Virus record (IMG/VR): IMGVR_UViG_3300029288_005873 | Location: 64,001 to 128,000 of that record | Source of the DNA: a virus | Lineage: Duplodnaviria > Caudoviricetes | Strand: one strand, 5' to 3' | DNA: 64,000 bases | Shown: positions 62,133 through 64,000 of the stretch, piece by piece | How the letters are laid out: each line of letters begins with the position of its first letter | Numbering within the stretch: the stretch's first letter is position 1 | Notes under the pieces: model-generated | The model's database searches: none | What the model saw: only the letters and a program-made list of their open reading frames with translations | Told to the model about the DNA's origin: nothing | Made by a program: the position numbers and the translations under genes

Positions 62133-62738
62133 TTAAGAGTTCTTCTGATTGCTTCCTTGGTTTCTGGATACATGTCCCACCATATCTGATACGAGGTTAA
62201 ATGATGCATTCTGATCGTAACGCGATCCTGTCGACCATACCTGTGCATCAAGAACCCGTGGAGAAACTCCACGCTTGTCTGCCTCCACCAGGAAGACCTG
62301 TTCAAGTTCTGTATACTTCTTACCTTGAGGTGTTTGACGCGGAGCATTATATCCTAGACCACGTAACCATCTTAGAATATGTACATCCAAAGCAGCAACA
62401 CGAGCATTAGGACGAGTCCATATGATAAAGAATCTAGCAGTCTTTGGACCAATACCATGAATTTTTTCAAGTTCCATTGGGTCCACTATGTGTAGATCCA
62501 TTTCCGCTTTAGCTATGTCCGAAAAAGCCTTTGACACCTTATCATAGTTTCCTGTTCGCGCCTCGCGCAACCTCGTGTTCAAACTGCCATCAGAAATCCA
62601 TGTACGAAGCTTTGTAAATGGAAGGTCATCTCCCAAACCAGAGAACAGTCTAACCATTGCTTGTTCGGCAAATTTTGCTGACTTCCCTGCTACAATCACA
62701 GCATACAAGAGGCGGAGTTGAAGTTCTTTATCGCTCAT
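62133..62738 (-). CDS. HhH DNA glycosylase (8-oxoG/OGG-like)
   Basis: IHGIGPKTARFF, AALDVHILRWL, KYTELE, LDAQVW. Confidence 0.8.
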   Translation of the reverse strand: MSDKELQLRLLYAVIVAGKSAKFAEQAMVRLFSGLGDDLPFTKLRTWISDGSLNTRLREARTGNYDKVSKAFSDIAKAEMDLHIVDPMELEKIHGIGPKTARFFIIWTRPNARVAALDVHILRWLRGLGYNAPRQTPQGKKYTELEQVFLVEADKRGVSPRVLDAQVWSTGSRYDQNASFNLVSDMVGHVSRNQGSNQKNS

Positions 62739-63183
62739 TTACTTACTCAATAGATAGCCGATATCATCGGGCGAATGATCACCAATAATTTGGATCCATC
62801 CTTCACATTTTTGTTTCTGAGTCGGTTCCCAAAGGACTCGGTAGAACGTCGCATCTGCGAATTCTATGGTGAATTCAACTACACCTTTTGTATTAGCAGT
62901 TACCGTTTCTCGAAGCCCTCTAATATAACATGGACCCATGTCTGCGCGATCATTAGGACATAGTCTAAATCGTGGCGCGGAATCAAACGATAAGCAGTTA
63001 ATCTTCATTGTCATCCTGGCGCGAAATGTTCGCTTTAATCTTAGCCATCTCTTGCTCATGCGCAAACTTCTGTAGTTGTCGCGCATCTAGGAACTCAAGC
63101 AAACCACCAACAAAGACAAGGATTAAGATAAACATTATCCACATGATGAATCCAAAATTCATAGTCTGTCTCCAGTTTAATAG

Positions 63184-63903
63184 TTAATAGCATTCTGGGA
63201 ATGCGTAGAATCCAGACAAAACATCTCCTTCGATGCCAAGATATACGCGTCTATTTCCACATGAGCACCTGTGGTCACCTACGGTCCACATATTACATTC
63301 CGAGCATCCGTTTAGATTAAGAACTGTCCCATCTGGGAAGTTCTCAGAGATCCATTTCTCTCGAGCCTTTTCATCGACTGCCGCAAGGAACGTATCCATT
63401 GAATCAAACGATGAGGCAGATAGCCCAAACTCTGGAGCCATAGAGACAAGCTTTAGTCTTAGAGTCTCAGAACCCTTCTCGCATTTTTCCAAATACGCTT
63501 TGCGATCTCTATATTTCTTTACGACATCGGTTAGCGTATATGGAGAAAATCCAACAATTTGGTATGGGGAAAATTGCTTTCCATCAATCAGTAAAGTCTG
63601 GTTTTCCCACACATTACCACTTGATGGAAAATATGTTGGCTTTCCGAGCATTTCCATCACTTTCTTAAGCGAACTCTTGTTTTTGTAACCCTTTGCTACA
63701 AAGAAGGCTGTCCATGCTCGCTCAACATCATTGTTATGAGTCCAGGTCGCCTTGTTGACTTCATCAACAGCCTTGCTTTGGGCTTCCCATCCTGCTACCA
63801 TTTCATCTGTCCAAGAATCACAAACTGTTTGAAGATTGATTGAACATCTATACTCGAAACTCCTAAACTCAAGATCTGGGGGGAGCCGAACGCCTTTTGT
63901 CAT
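63184..63903 (-). CDS. hypothetical protein with C-terminal Cys motif
   Basis: CSEC..W....RCSCGNRRV. Confidence 0.6.
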   Translation of the reverse strand: MTKGVRLPPDLEFRSFEYRCSINLQTVCDSWTDEMVAGWEAQSKAVDEVNKATWTHNNDVERAWTAFFVAKGYKNKSSLKKVMEMLGKPTYFPSSGNVWENQTLLIDGKQFSPYQIVGFSPYTLTDVVKKYRDRKAYLEKCEKGSETLRLKLVSMAPEFGLSASSFDSMDTFLAAVDEKAREKWISENFPDGTVLNLNGCSECNMWTVGDHRCSCGNRRVYLGIEGDVLSGFYAFPECY

Positions 63904-64000
63904 TTTTCACCACCGTTTTCCAATAATACAATCTAATTCTTCACAACTGTTAGGGATTTGTGACTGCCATTCCCCCATAGGAACTTGAATCGTTCGCGGA

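Overview
This 64-kb window is from a large (jumbo-type) bacteriophage genome read in genetic code 11. Genes are densely packed and almost all on the minus strand; only one credible plus-strand gene is present, an HNH endonuclease. The region is accessory and host-takeover in character. It carries about 8 tRNA genes plus several tRNA-like RNAs; translation factors (bS21, IF-3, peptide deformylase, Thg1, Rnl1-type RNA ligase); proteostasis genes (GroEL, Hsp20, Lon, AAA+, S2P, thioredoxin); NAD/ADP-ribose enzymes (NadE, PncB-type PRTase, WGR-PARP, Nudix); DNA repair and modification genes; and homing endonucleases. The main candidate novel system lies at about 4.7-17.5 kb. It combines (i) four copies of an apparently unannotated 124-153 nt tRNA-shaped RNA with a giant conserved variable arm, (ii) a divergent TROVE/Ro60-like vWA protein, (iii) an E2-like/JAB/Ubl/E1 ubiquitin-like cassette, and (iv) a leader-peptide attenuator upstream of most of the block. 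Other highlights are a dual-frame C5 methyltransferase whose intein is stop-free in both reading frames, and a second (PRTRC-type) ubiquitin-like cassette whose 59-aa Ubl is missing from the ORF track. All protein calls come from motif recognition by eye; no database search was run.
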